Below, piece after piece: positions 7,689-16,035 of a stretch of DNA of 32,000 bases (position 1 is the first letter of the stretch; each line of letters begins with the position of its first letter). The DNA lies in assembly GCF_900083515.1 (NCBI RefSeq), contig NZ_LT671858.1:1800001-1832000 (forward strand). The letters run 5' to 3'. Both the position numbers and the translations under genes were made by a program. The notes under the pieces were generated by a model, which had not been told where the DNA came from, made no database searches, and saw only the letters and a program-made list of their open reading frames with translations. The DNA is from Cuniculiplasma divulgatum. GTDB taxonomy: Archaea > Thermoplasmatota > Thermoplasmata > Thermoplasmatales > Thermoplasmataceae.

Positions 7689-9164
7689 CTAAGATTCTAG
7701 CCTTCCAAATTGGATTTCCCCTAATAGATAGAATATGATAGTCCAAATCAAGCTAGCTGTAAAAACTTCTATGAATGTAAAACCTACTGTATTTGCGTTT
7801 ATACTTAATTTCTGAAAAGCATTTATAGGGCTAATGATAGAGATATAAGTTATATTTGGAGTGAGGAGTAAGTCACTCCTAATAGTGCTGAAAGGAACTA
7901 ACCTCGTAAAGAACAAAGATATTCTACTAAAACCGTAGAAAAGGAATAGAATGAGAGTCAGTGGATAAATGAGCTGTTTGGCCTTGTTTTTCGTTCCGCT
8001 AATAAGAAAAAAAGTTAGGGATGAAGCTGACATGCCAACCATGAAAAGATCGCTAAAAACATAAAGAGAACCAAATTTTGTCAAAAATGTTCCAAGGAGA
8101 TATATTGATGACAGATAGGATGTTAGGAATGTCGCCAAAACTGCAAGGAAATTTGCTGTTGCTAAAGCCAGGTATTTACCAGCATAAATATTCCATCTCT
8201 TCACGGGTAGAGAGAGAATAAAATCAGTTTGACCATCGCTTACGGGAAAACCTACTATAAATATTATTGTAAGAGCCTCAAATAAAATTAGAAACAGGGA
8301 TAACACAGTAGATATCTCTCCAATGAATTCTGAATTCACTGTACCTTCTGATGGAAGTATGTAGAACAACTGATATGTTTTATTATTGATCTTATCTGTG
8401 CCGTTACTTATTCCATAATCTCTAGGTATGGATAGATGAGACGTTACCCATGATCCATTTACGCGATGTTCTAGTAATCCCCATGCATTTCCGTGGGTAA
8501 AATTATATGAGATAGATAATGTCTCGTGAGTAAAACCCCCACTCTCCCCTAGATTTATGATTTTACCATTAGAGAGGAGAAGACGATAATCCATTGTTTT
8601 TGTATATTCAGGGAATACATTTACATTAATTATTTCAAGAGATCCCTTGTACGCCAATGCACAATCATAAACTGGAAAGTAATAAGTAGTGTTTACTGGT
8701 GTAGAATTTACCGGCACAATAATTTCTGGCTCAGAGCCGTATTTTGCAATTGGTGAAAAGACACGATAAGCTTTATTAGATCGAAACGAAGTAAATGCAT
8801 ATCCATTCTTTATTGTAAAATTAAGACGGTGAATAATGCTGCCCGAAGTGAAATTGCAGTTTGCCTTATCTGTTGGACCAACCTCAAGGAAACACTTCTC
8901 ATTATTGAATGGAATCCCGCTAGTCGCATGATAATAATATATGCCAAAGTTATATGTACCATTTTCGTAATCATAAGTAATAAAACCTCTTTCCTGCGCC
9001 CCGATGGATTTCTTATTTTTTGGAGAGTAAGCAAAGGCAGTAATAGACATTATTATAATTATAAAAATAATCATTGCAATGAAGCTTTTTTTTCGGACTG
9101 TGTTGATAAAAGTATTTATTATCTTGTTTTTGCACCTCTTTCCCTTAAATGAAATTCCATTCAT
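7689..9164 (-). CDS. ABC-2-type transporter permease with a large N-terminal ectodomain (paralog 2 of 2)
   Basis: The track start at 9257 is TTG. The ATG at 9164 forms an ATGA overlap with the upstream stop (9161-9163). Architecture is an N-terminal anchor helix, a sequon-rich ectodomain of about 270 aa, then a multi-helix C-terminal domain. It shares motifs with the 9161-10663 product, for example SLPVKRWNIYAGKY versus SMPIKKWQIFLGKY. Confidence 0.65.
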   Translation of the reverse strand: MNGISFKGKRCKNKIINTFINTVRKKSFIAMIIFIIIIMSITAFAYSPKNKKSIGAQERGFITYDYENGTYNFGIYYYHATSGIPFNNEKCFLEVGPTDKANCNFTSGSIIHRLNFTIKNGYAFTSFRSNKAYRVFSPIAKYGSEPEIIVPVNSTPVNTTYYFPVYDCALAYKGSLEIINVNVFPEYTKTMDYRLLLSNGKIINLGESGGFTHETLSISYNFTHGNAWGLLEHRVNGSWVTSHLSIPRDYGISNGTDKINNKTYQLFYILPSEGTVNSEFIGEISTVLSLFLILFEALTIIFIVGFPVSDGQTDFILSLPVKRWNIYAGKYLALATANFLAVLATFLTSYLSSIYLLGTFLTKFGSLYVFSDLFMVGMSASSLTFFLISGTKNKAKQLIYPLTLILFLFYGFSRISLFFTRLVPFSTIRSDLLLTPNITYISIISPINAFQKLSINANTVGFTFIEVFTASLIWTIIFYLLGEIQFGRLES

Positions 9165-10663
9165 TCCTTTTTTGACCAAATAATAACGCCTCCAACTGAA
9201 AATATAACAATCCAAAAAATTATTGAAACTATCACTTTTTGATTGTCTGGTAAGCAAAGAGAGTGAACTGGAGAACCCTGATAGGAAAAGAAGATGCGAT
9301 AGTACTCAAAAGGGTTGAAAAATTCAAAGTTTAGTACTTCTGAATAATAAACGAGGAAACTAGAAACTAAGCGATCATAGACATAGTAAGTAAATAAAGT
9401 TATTACTATCGGCAATGATATTATTTTAATAAGACTCTTTGATATTGAAGTTATAAAAAAGGATAGGGATACACCAAACATGCCCAAAAGGAGTATGGGA
9501 ATAAAAACCTGAGCAATTCCGGAGTTGTTTGTAAAGAAAGAGTTTAAAATAGTATTCGTTAAATATGAGGATAAAAGTACTGTCAAAGTAAATATCCCTG
9601 TGACAAATAACAGAGAGATGTACTTCCCAAGGAAAATTTGCCATTTCTTTATTGGCATAGAGTTGGCAAACTCTATTTCCCCGTTAGTTTTTTGAAACCC
9701 GAATGCAACTGTGGAAATTATGGAGCAAAAAATGACCAAAATTAGAGAAAATTGTCCAGAAAATTGCATTCCAAGGTTATCAGTAATTATGGTAACTGAG
9801 GGGTATGAATAGAAATAGATTGGGTATTGTGTAGAGTGTAAAGATGAGGTTGTCCATGTGCCATTTACCTTTTTCTCAAGCTCTCCGGTTACAACACATC
9901 GTGCAGTTAATTCTGAGCTGGATAGTAATGGACCTGAAGCATGATTATTCTTAAGTTGCTCCTTTGTTGGCACCGGAATTGATATAACTCTGTGTTCAAA
10001 CCCGCCTAATAACCCGAGATTAAGAGTTACATTGTCCGATTCAACAAGCCGATATTCATAGTATGAGGTTGGTTTATAATTATAAACATTGTTTACCAAT
10101 AGGAGAAAGCCAATGTTTGTATTATTCCCATCATAAACGGATTGGTAAGAGATGTTATTGTTAGAAATATTCCCATTTATAGGGCTCAATGTCCCTCCTG
10201 TGCTTCCCAAATTATTAAATGATACGTGGCAACACCAATATTTGTCAGATTTAAAAGAAATATTTGCATATCCACTTGAGTTAGTTGTAAAATTGATTGT
10301 AATAGTCCTCTTTCCTGAAAGGCTTTGGTTTTTTATCAGAAGGTCGGGGCTTAGTCTGACATGTCCTTTTAAACCTGACAAAGGCTTACCGCAGTTTGAG
10401 GAGTATGCGTGAATTCCGAAGTAGTAAGTCTGATTGTGATAAGTAGTACAGGATTCACAATAATTTGCAGCATTTATGCTCTCACTTGTTTTTTGGGTTC
10501 CAGAGATGCTAAACACAGTTAGAAAAATCATAAAAAATATGATTGACATAAGAAATATCTTCTTTCTAAAAGTGTTTTTAATTACTGACACAATTCTATT
10601 CGCTGATCTTCCTTTTGAAATACTCCTCCACCTCCTCTTTTCTTTCACTGAGAGAAATGACAT
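9161..10663 (-). CDS. ABC-2-type transporter permease with a large N-terminal ectodomain (paralog 1 of 2)
   Basis: ATG at 10663 overlaps the ATPase gene by 68 nt. Alternative GTG starts are at 10648 and 10591. Architecture matches the 7689-9164 product. Conserved blocks: TY.FGI, NFT..GYA..SF, YRL....NLG..GGF.H, VNG.W.TS. Confidence 0.65.
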   Translation of the reverse strand: MSFLSVKEKRRWRSISKGRSANRIVSVIKNTFRKKIFLMSIIFFMIFLTVFSISGTQKTSESINAANYCESCTTYHNQTYYFGIHAYSSNCGKPLSGLKGHVRLSPDLLIKNQSLSGKRTITINFTTNSSGYANISFKSDKYWCCHVSFNNLGSTGGTLSPINGNISNNNISYQSVYDGNNTNIGFLLLVNNVYNYKPTSYYEYRLVESDNVTLNLGLLGGFEHRVISIPVPTKEQLKNNHASGPLLSSSELTARCVVTGELEKKVNGTWTTSSLHSTQYPIYFYSYPSVTIITDNLGMQFSGQFSLILVIFCSIISTVAFGFQKTNGEIEFANSMPIKKWQIFLGKYISLLFVTGIFTLTVLLSSYLTNTILNSFFTNNSGIAQVFIPILLLGMFGVSLSFFITSISKSLIKIISLPIVITLFTYYVYDRLVSSFLVYYSEVLNFEFFNPFEYYRIFFSYQGSPVHSLCLPDNQKVIVSIIFWIVIFSVGGVIIWSKKE

Positions 10664-11528
10664 CCAATTGTATTTTATTTAGTGATTCTGCAACCTTGAA
10701 GGAACTGCCCTTTTTTCCTGAATAGTTTTTGATTGTTGCTTTTCCATACCTTTTACTTTCTTCAATTGATAATTCCACATCTCCAAAGGCAGACAATATG
10801 TTGACGATATTTTCATTATCAATTTCATTTTTACAGTAGAATGAGACTTCCACCGTTACTTTATTCACTATGTCATCTACCATTACATTGTCTAAGATCT
10901 TTCCCTTATTAATGATGATGAGTCTGTCACATAGTTCGGATATTTCCGGAAGTATGTGTGTGGAGAGAAGTACGCTCTTCCCTTCTTTTTTAAGATTCCT
11001 TATGGTGTCCTTGAGAAAGAATACTCCAGATGGATCAAGACCATTGAATGTTTCATCTAACAGGTAGTTCTTAGAATCCATGAATATTCCTATGGCAATA
11101 TGCATCCTTTTCCTCATGCCGTTTGACATGTTTCCGATTCTGATGTTTGCCTTGGTATCTAAGGACACAGCCTTCATGGCTTTTTGCATTCTCTCAATGA
11201 TCTCGGCTCTTCTCATACTCAAATAAGTACCGACTTCCATGAAAATGCTTTTGGGTTTTTCCATATTATCCAATAGGGAGTTCTCCGGAACCCATGCAAC
11301 TGCACCATTAATCCTTATTTTATCTTTTCTTACAGACATACCGTCAATAAGAACATCTCCTTGACTGGGGTTAATGACCCCACAGGCTATTTTCATTGAT
11401 GTGGTTTTGCCAGCACCATTCAATCCTGCAAAACCTACCACTTCTCCTTCTTTAACAGTAAAGTCCACCTGATCCAAAGCTTTAAACTTTCCGAAATTCT
11501 TTGATACATCCTGGAATTCAATGGACAT
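10596..11528 (-). CDS. ABC transporter ATP-binding protein (ABC-2 / DrrA-like subfamily)
   Basis: Walker A GLNGAGKTT, variant signature MSNGMRKRM, Walker B YLLDETFNGLD, H-loop LLSTH. First gene of a three-gene minus-strand operon. Confidence 0.9.
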   Translation of the reverse strand: MSIEFQDVSKNFGKFKALDQVDFTVKEGEVVGFAGLNGAGKTTSMKIACGVINPSQGDVLIDGMSVRKDKIRINGAVAWVPENSLLDNMEKPKSIFMEVGTYLSMRRAEIIERMQKAMKAVSLDTKANIRIGNMSNGMRKRMHIAIGIFMDSKNYLLDETFNGLDPSGVFFLKDTIRNLKKEGKSVLLSTHILPEISELCDRLIIINKGKILDNVMVDDIVNKVTVEVSFYCKNEIDNENIVNILSAFGDVELSIEESKRYGKATIKNYSGKKGSSFKVAESLNKIQLDVISLSERKEEVEEYFKRKISE

Positions 11529-11582
11529 ATGCAGGAATTACAACTAATGTACTTAAATGTTGCTAAGTATTTATTAAAACGG

Positions 11583-11596
11583 TATATATATATATA
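11583..11596. promoter_or_regulatory. (TA)7 tract acting as a likely TATA box in the divergent intergenic region
   Basis: tatatatatatata ends 22 nt upstream of the ATG at 11618. That spacing suits a leaderless or very short-leader archaeal mRNA. Confidence 0.3.
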
Positions 11597-11617
11597 GTGG
11601 TTTGTGTATTATATTTT

Positions 11618-12553
11618 ATGGACGAACAGAAAAAAAACCTTGAGAAAGTTATTCTTTCTATTGCAATAGTGTTTTTGTTTGTTGCGATGGGAGGTATTAA
11701 TGTTATGAGCGATAGACCTGGAAGTGCTGTTCCGAGACAGCATTATAAAATCGAAGCCAAAAATGTTGTCATGGGAGGACTAGCTGATAAGGGAAATATA
11801 ACGATGGACAATTTAGTAACAACTTATAATTGGGCAGGATATTGCTTCTTTGATGCGAAACCTTGGTACTATTTCACATCCACGCCGTATGAAATTGACT
11901 GGGTATCGGAATATATACATGTGCCAACTACTTCACCGCCTCCCGCAACTGATACTGAACCTTCTTTGATAACTATGTGGGATGCCCTTTCATCCAATTC
12001 ACAGGGTGATAATATGTACCAAGCAGGAATTCAGATAGACCCATACAATGGTTGTGTCTCTGTTGTTTGTGAACATTTTGCGGAAGGTGTGCCGGGGCAT
12101 GAAAAAATATATGACTATGCCTCACATAACAAGAAGCCTGTGCTTGAAGGACAAAATTTGTATATATATCTTGTGCATAATCAAAACAAATTCACATTTG
12201 AAATCAGCGATATAAGTAATGGATGCGTGTATGAAAATAATACCACAATAACAAGAACCCCATTAACTCCGAGATTTTTCTTGTCGGTAATTGAAACTCC
12301 AACAATCAACGAAGTGAATGGCGAGTATCGCTACTTTTCTGTACCTCCATTTACAACTTTCGTTGTAAATAGTTTGGTTTATCAATCCAACGAAAAAATT
12401 ACTGGAGCAAGTTCATACAATTCTGGCAGTTATGGAAAATATACATTGAGGCAGTCAGGCAGCATATCGCAAAATATAAAGACAAGTTTTAGCACAGCTT
12501 GCAGTCCAGATGGTGGTTATTCCGTTCAGTACTGTAGCTCAGATTATACTTAA
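11618..12553 (+). CDS. Exported or membrane-anchored glutamic peptidase (MEROPS G1 / eqolisin, Peptidase_A4)-like protein
   Basis: The track start at 11597 is GTG, and the first ATG is at 11618 (MDEQKK...). An N-terminal hydrophobic anchor ILSIAIVFLFVAMGG is present. G1-like motifs occur in the family order: YNWAGY, MWDALSS, YQAGIQID (Q codon 12020-12022), SVIETP (E codon 12293-12295), FSVPPFTTF. Confidence 0.6.
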   Translation: MDEQKKNLEKVILSIAIVFLFVAMGGINVMSDRPGSAVPRQHYKIEAKNVVMGGLADKGNITMDNLVTTYNWAGYCFFDAKPWYYFTSTPYEIDWVSEYIHVPTTSPPPATDTEPSLITMWDALSSNSQGDNMYQAGIQIDPYNGCVSVVCEHFAEGVPGHEKIYDYASHNKKPVLEGQNLYIYLVHNQNKFTFEISDISNGCVYENNTTITRTPLTPRFFLSVIETPTINEVNGEYRYFSVPPFTTFVVNSLVYQSNEKITGASSYNSGSYGKYTLRQSGSISQNIKTSFSTACSPDGGYSVQYCSSDYT

Positions 12554-12571
12554 AATTATAATTCCCCATTA

Positions 12572-12594
12572 TTTTTATAAAATTTATTCTTTTT
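12572..12594 (+). terminator. Oligo-T tracts, candidate archaeal terminator for the peptidase gene
   Basis: TTTTT runs at 12572-12576 and 12590-12594, within 45 nt of the stop at 12551-12553. Confidence 0.3.
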
Positions 12595-12699
12595 ATGCAG
12601 TTCCTTGATGGAAGACCTTAGTATCACTTAATGAAAATTTCTGAATGTGTTAAATCATAGATAGATATTAAATTTATAAAATACAAACTGGTGCAACCA

Positions 12700-13241
12700 A
12701 TGTTGATAAATGTATACCTAGGACGAAAGAGTGCAATTGTGAGTAAATCGCTTGATGTACTTTCAATGAAGGGAAATAAAAAGCCCTTTATAGAGGATTA
12801 TTCTTCAATGGAGATTCATCTTCACCAAGATGTTCACATGTAATTTTCAAATGGTTAGATAATCAGACAAAGATAGAAAATTTATCAGAAGGGAAGGTTG
12901 AACCCACAGTTCAAAAGGAATTACTGCTTGTGATGACTAACTCAATCTAAATTATTATGTCGCAGCGAATAAATCAAACATTCCGAACATCCACTATGTT
13001 CTCCAATGGAACTTAGGATGTAAAGCATTTACACACACCATCTCCGAAAAATATAATTGCTATTGAATATAATGTTACAATATGCTTGGATGTCAACTAT
13101 GGCGATCCCGTTAAAAATGTAAAACCAGAAATGACTCTTTTACTGCCTGAATGTTTCTACAATCTTAGAAATGATTTGGCAAAAAAGGGGAATCACCTAG
13201 AGTTTTTTTCAGAATGCACCAGTAGCTTATTTTTACATTAA
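12700..13241 (+). pseudogene. Possible decayed coding region (unknown family) with one frameshift and two in-frame stops
   Basis: A frame-1 ORF runs 12700-12843. Frame 3 is then open from 12780 to 13241, apart from in-frame TAA at 12948-12950 and TAG at 13014-13016. The last segment is open for about 74 codons, which is long for AT-rich non-coding DNA. Confidence 0.3.
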
Positions 13242-13485
13242 AATTTTGTTACGTAACCTGTAGTCTCCAACTAATAATTTAAAACTGAATTCTTATATTT
13301 TGAACTTAACAATGATTACCTAAGTCTGAAGTTCTAATCAAACAAACGTAATCCTTTTCAGTTTAAGCTACATATATCCATATCTTCAAATTATAGGGAT
13401 TTGATTAGGGATATCTCACCTTCAAAGAGGGTTAAATTGTTGGCTCTGAACCCATAGTAAAAATAATATCAGAAATTTCATAAAG

Positions 13486-13568
13486 CGCTGGGAGGGAGAT
13501 TCGAACTCCCGAGCTACAGGAGCACAAGCTTTCCAGACTTGCGCCTTACCAGGCTAGGCTATCCCAGC
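13486..13568 (-). tRNA. tRNA-Ser (anticodon GGA), class II with long variable arm, no encoded CCA
   Basis: The reverse complement folds by hand. Acceptor stem is GCTGGGA/TCCCAGC and D arm is GCCT-AGCCTGGTA-AGGC. The anticodon arm is CAAGT-CTGGAAA-GCTTG. The variable arm is 14 nt, the T arm is GGGAG-TTCGAAT-CTCCC, and the discriminator is G. Confidence 0.9.
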
Positions 13569-13588
13569 TTGTACCTCAATTGTTTTAA

Positions 13589-13600
13589 CATATTTATTAC
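13589..13600 (-). promoter_or_regulatory. Candidate TATA box for tRNA-Ser
   Basis: The minus strand reads TAATAAATATGT, centred about 27 nt upstream of the tRNA 5' end at 13568. Confidence 0.3.
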
Positions 13601-13647
13601 TTTAGAGAATTAAGTTGAGGGCTATAGATAACATATATGGCATTGTA

Positions 13648-13656
13648 TTTATATAT
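13648..13656 (+). promoter_or_regulatory. Candidate TATA box for the USP gene
   Basis: TTTATATAT lies about 30 nt upstream of the ATG at 13685, suggesting a leaderless or short-leader transcript. Confidence 0.3.
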
Positions 13657-13684
13657 CCTTAGGTTATGATATAATGGTGATTAC

Positions 13685-14137
13685 ATGACTCAATTAAAAA
13701 TTAAAAAAATCCTTTGTACAGTCGACTTTTCTGATGAGTCAAAAAAGGCATTGGACTTTGCTTATTCGCTATCTTCCCAGATTCCTGGGTGTGAACTGGT
13801 TGTTATAAGTGTGTTAAGGCCCATACCCACCCCGATAGGAGATTTTACCGGCGCAAACGAGACGTTAATCGATGATGATCAGGATAACCTGAAGGCAGTG
13901 AGTGAAAGACTCAACACTCTGGTCCATGACACCAAGGGAGACTGTATGGCAAAGATTACAGATAAGGCTGTACTTGGAAACCCAGTTGATGAAATACTCA
14001 GGAACATAAATGAGGAAAAACCTGATCTTGTAGTGATGGGTAATAAGAAACACGGATTCAGGAGAGGTATTTTTACCGGTTCAGTTTCTGAGAGAGTATC
14101 TGCTGATTCTCCTGTATCTGTGTTGATTGTAAGGTAA
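13685..14137 (+). CDS. Universal stress protein (UspA family)
   Basis: KILCTVDFSDESKKALDFA at the N-terminus. The ATP-binding-type motif G-x2-G-x9-G(S/T) appears as HGFRRGIFTGSVSERV. The C-terminus is PVSVLIV. Confidence 0.85.
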   Translation: MTQLKIKKILCTVDFSDESKKALDFAYSLSSQIPGCELVVISVLRPIPTPIGDFTGANETLIDDDQDNLKAVSERLNTLVHDTKGDCMAKITDKAVLGNPVDEILRNINEEKPDLVVMGNKKHGFRRGIFTGSVSERVSADSPVSVLIVR

Positions 14138-14621
14138 GATCCACTCCCTGTCTAGAAATGGCAGGTGTAAATATCTTAATTTGCACGAAGAGGCAAAGGT
14201 GGCTTTATGTTACATATTTAATCATTTGATTTCCTGAAATGTGGAGAACTGAATATAAATTCTTGGAAGTTTAACTATTGTTGACTTTTCTTCGAATCAA
14301 GGAATGATTGGTGAATGATTTACTTCACTTATTTTTTTCTCTTATATCATTCTTTGTCTTCCCGTGAATGGTTCATATTCTCAATGAACGATCACTTAAT
14401 GAGTCCGAAATACTTCTTGATCAGCACTAATGAAACTATTCTGAGTGCATATTAATCACAGAAGTTTTAAAAACTTTTCATTAAAAAAATTAGTTTCCCA
14501 TTAGATGTGTGTATATTTTTAGGAATTAATAGATTCATATTACTTCATTCAAGCAACTGTGGGTGTTATAAAACAATATAAGCTTTTGAAATGCTTTTAA
14601 TTGAGTTTGCAATATCAATAT

Positions 14622-15986
14622 ATGTCAAGAATTGAAAGGGATGTAATAGGTGAAGTAAAGATTGAAGATAATGAATATTACGGAATAAACACGTTCCGTG
14701 CAATGAATAACTTCCAAATTTCTGGAATCGTTGAGGATAGAGATCATATAAGGTCAATGACAATTGTGAAGAGATCTGCTGCAATTGCCAACAACAAACT
14801 TAAAGCTCTTCCTGATGATAAAAAGGAGTATATTGTAAAGGCTGCCGATGAGGTACTATCAGGCAAATATGACTCACAGTTTGTAATTGACGTTTATCAG
14901 GCTGGAGCTGGAACTTCCTTCAACATGAATGCAAATGAGGTTATAGCAAACATTGCACTGGAACTGTGGGGGAAGAAAAAAGGAGAATATCAGTATCTTC
15001 ATCCTAACGATCACGTTAACATGAGTCAATCAACAAACGACTCCTATCCTACCATGATGAGGATCAGTGCCATAATGAAGGCTGAAAGATATATTGATGA
15101 AATCAAGAATCTTATAAAATCAATGGAAAAAAAGGCCGAACAGTTTAAGAACAGTAAGAAACCAGGAAGAACGCATCTTCAGGATGCGGCCCCTGTTACG
15201 CTTGGAATGGAATTTTCTGCATACGCCTACACTTTGAAGAAAAACCTGAAGGATTTTGAGAATGCCATAGATTTTGTTCTTGAATTGAACATCGGTGGCA
15301 CTGCAACCGGTACCGGTATAAATACACCAAAAGGGTACAAAGAGGAGATTGTTAAGGAAATATCGAGTTTCACTGGATTCAACTTCAGACCAAGCGATAA
15401 TTTACCTGGAATAATGGAATTCCAGTCTGATTTTGCAAGGATGATGAATGCCATAGCGGTTAATGCTCTTGATATAAACAAAATGGCGAATGATATAAGA
15501 TTAATGTATTCCGGACCTGGGGCAGGACTTCATGAGATATTTATTCCCGCAGTACAGCAGGGATCTTCCATTATGCCTGGAAAGATAAACCCTTCAATAG
15601 CAGAGGCAATGAACATGATTTGCCATTCAACCATAGGAGCCCAACAGGCACTGAATCTGTCAGTTCAGGCGGGGCAGCTTGAACTCAACGTGATGATGCC
15701 AAACATTGACTATGAACTATCAAGGTCCCTTGATATAATGACAAACGGAATGAAGATGTTCAGAACATTGCTGATTGATGGTATAAATGTGAACGAAGAG
15801 GCATGTAATGAACATCTCTCAAAAAGTTTCGGATCAGCAGCACTATTGAACCCCGTTCTTGGATACGATACTGTAGCAAAAGTGGTCAAAGAGGCTCTTG
15901 ATACACACAAGTCAATAAAGGAAGTAGCATTAAAAACGGGAAAGATAACTGAGGAACAGTACACAAAGATAATGACAGGAAAGTGA
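14622..15986 (+). CDS. aspA: Aspartate ammonia-lyase (class II fumarase/aspartase family)
   Basis: The track start at 14601 is TTG, and the ATG at 14622 gives MSRIERD. The family signature GSSIMPGKINP is present. AspA-like blocks: YYGINTFRAMNNFQISG and KGEYQYLHPNDHVNMSQSTNDSYPT. A fumarase (FumC) identity cannot be fully excluded. Confidence 0.8.
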   Translation: MSRIERDVIGEVKIEDNEYYGINTFRAMNNFQISGIVEDRDHIRSMTIVKRSAAIANNKLKALPDDKKEYIVKAADEVLSGKYDSQFVIDVYQAGAGTSFNMNANEVIANIALELWGKKKGEYQYLHPNDHVNMSQSTNDSYPTMMRISAIMKAERYIDEIKNLIKSMEKKAEQFKNSKKPGRTHLQDAAPVTLGMEFSAYAYTLKKNLKDFENAIDFVLELNIGGTATGTGINTPKGYKEEIVKEISSFTGFNFRPSDNLPGIMEFQSDFARMMNAIAVNALDINKMANDIRLMYSGPGAGLHEIFIPAVQQGSSIMPGKINPSIAEAMNMICHSTIGAQQALNLSVQAGQLELNVMMPNIDYELSRSLDIMTNGMKMFRTLLIDGINVNEEACNEHLSKSFGSAALLNPVLGYDTVAKVVKEALDTHKSIKEVALKTGKITEEQYTKIMTGK

Positions 15987-16035
15987 TTCTAAAGAATTTG
16001 GAATTTATCATTTTCTCCCAAATTCTCCGAATTCC

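Noticed and set aside
9165-9257. N-terminal extensions created by TTG or GTG starts in the ORF track. Other examples are 5505-5513, 11597-11617, 14601-14621, 20196-20204, 21471-21479, 22178-22210, 23031-23075 and 23776-23808.
   Set aside because: In each case an in-frame ATG just downstream gives a family-typical N-terminus, for example MERIGFIGMGRMG or the ATGA stop/start overlap at 9161-9164. That ATG also removes an implausibly long overlap with the upstream gene.
10623-10636. A Shine-Dalgarno-like purine run, AGGAGGTGGAGGAG on the minus strand, upstream of the alternative GTG start of permease A.
   Set aside because: It lies about 32 nt from the GTG at 10591, too far for an SD. It simply encodes EEVEEY in the ATPase C-terminus.
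12606-12645. Possible C/D-box sRNA elements (TGATGG ... CTGA). A second look-alike lies at 13311-13329 (ATGATTA ... CTGA), and a TGATGA at about 31472.
   Set aside because: The box sequences are imperfect. The spacing does not fit the C / 12-nt guide / D' / C' / 12-nt guide / D layout, and no matching C' and D pairs are present.
12554-13568. An intact integrated mobile element or provirus at tRNA-Ser.
   Set aside because: There is no integrase, transposase or other element gene. I could find no direct repeat of the tRNA 3' half by eye; only an 8-nt TTCGAATC match at about 14288. At most an eroded remnant remains, which is reported as a finding.
14566-14784. A 72-aa minus-strand ORF overlapping the aspA start.
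   Set aside because: It overlaps the strongly supported aspA N-terminus (RIERDVIGEVKIEDNEYYG) and has no motif of its own, no obvious promoter and no partner gene.
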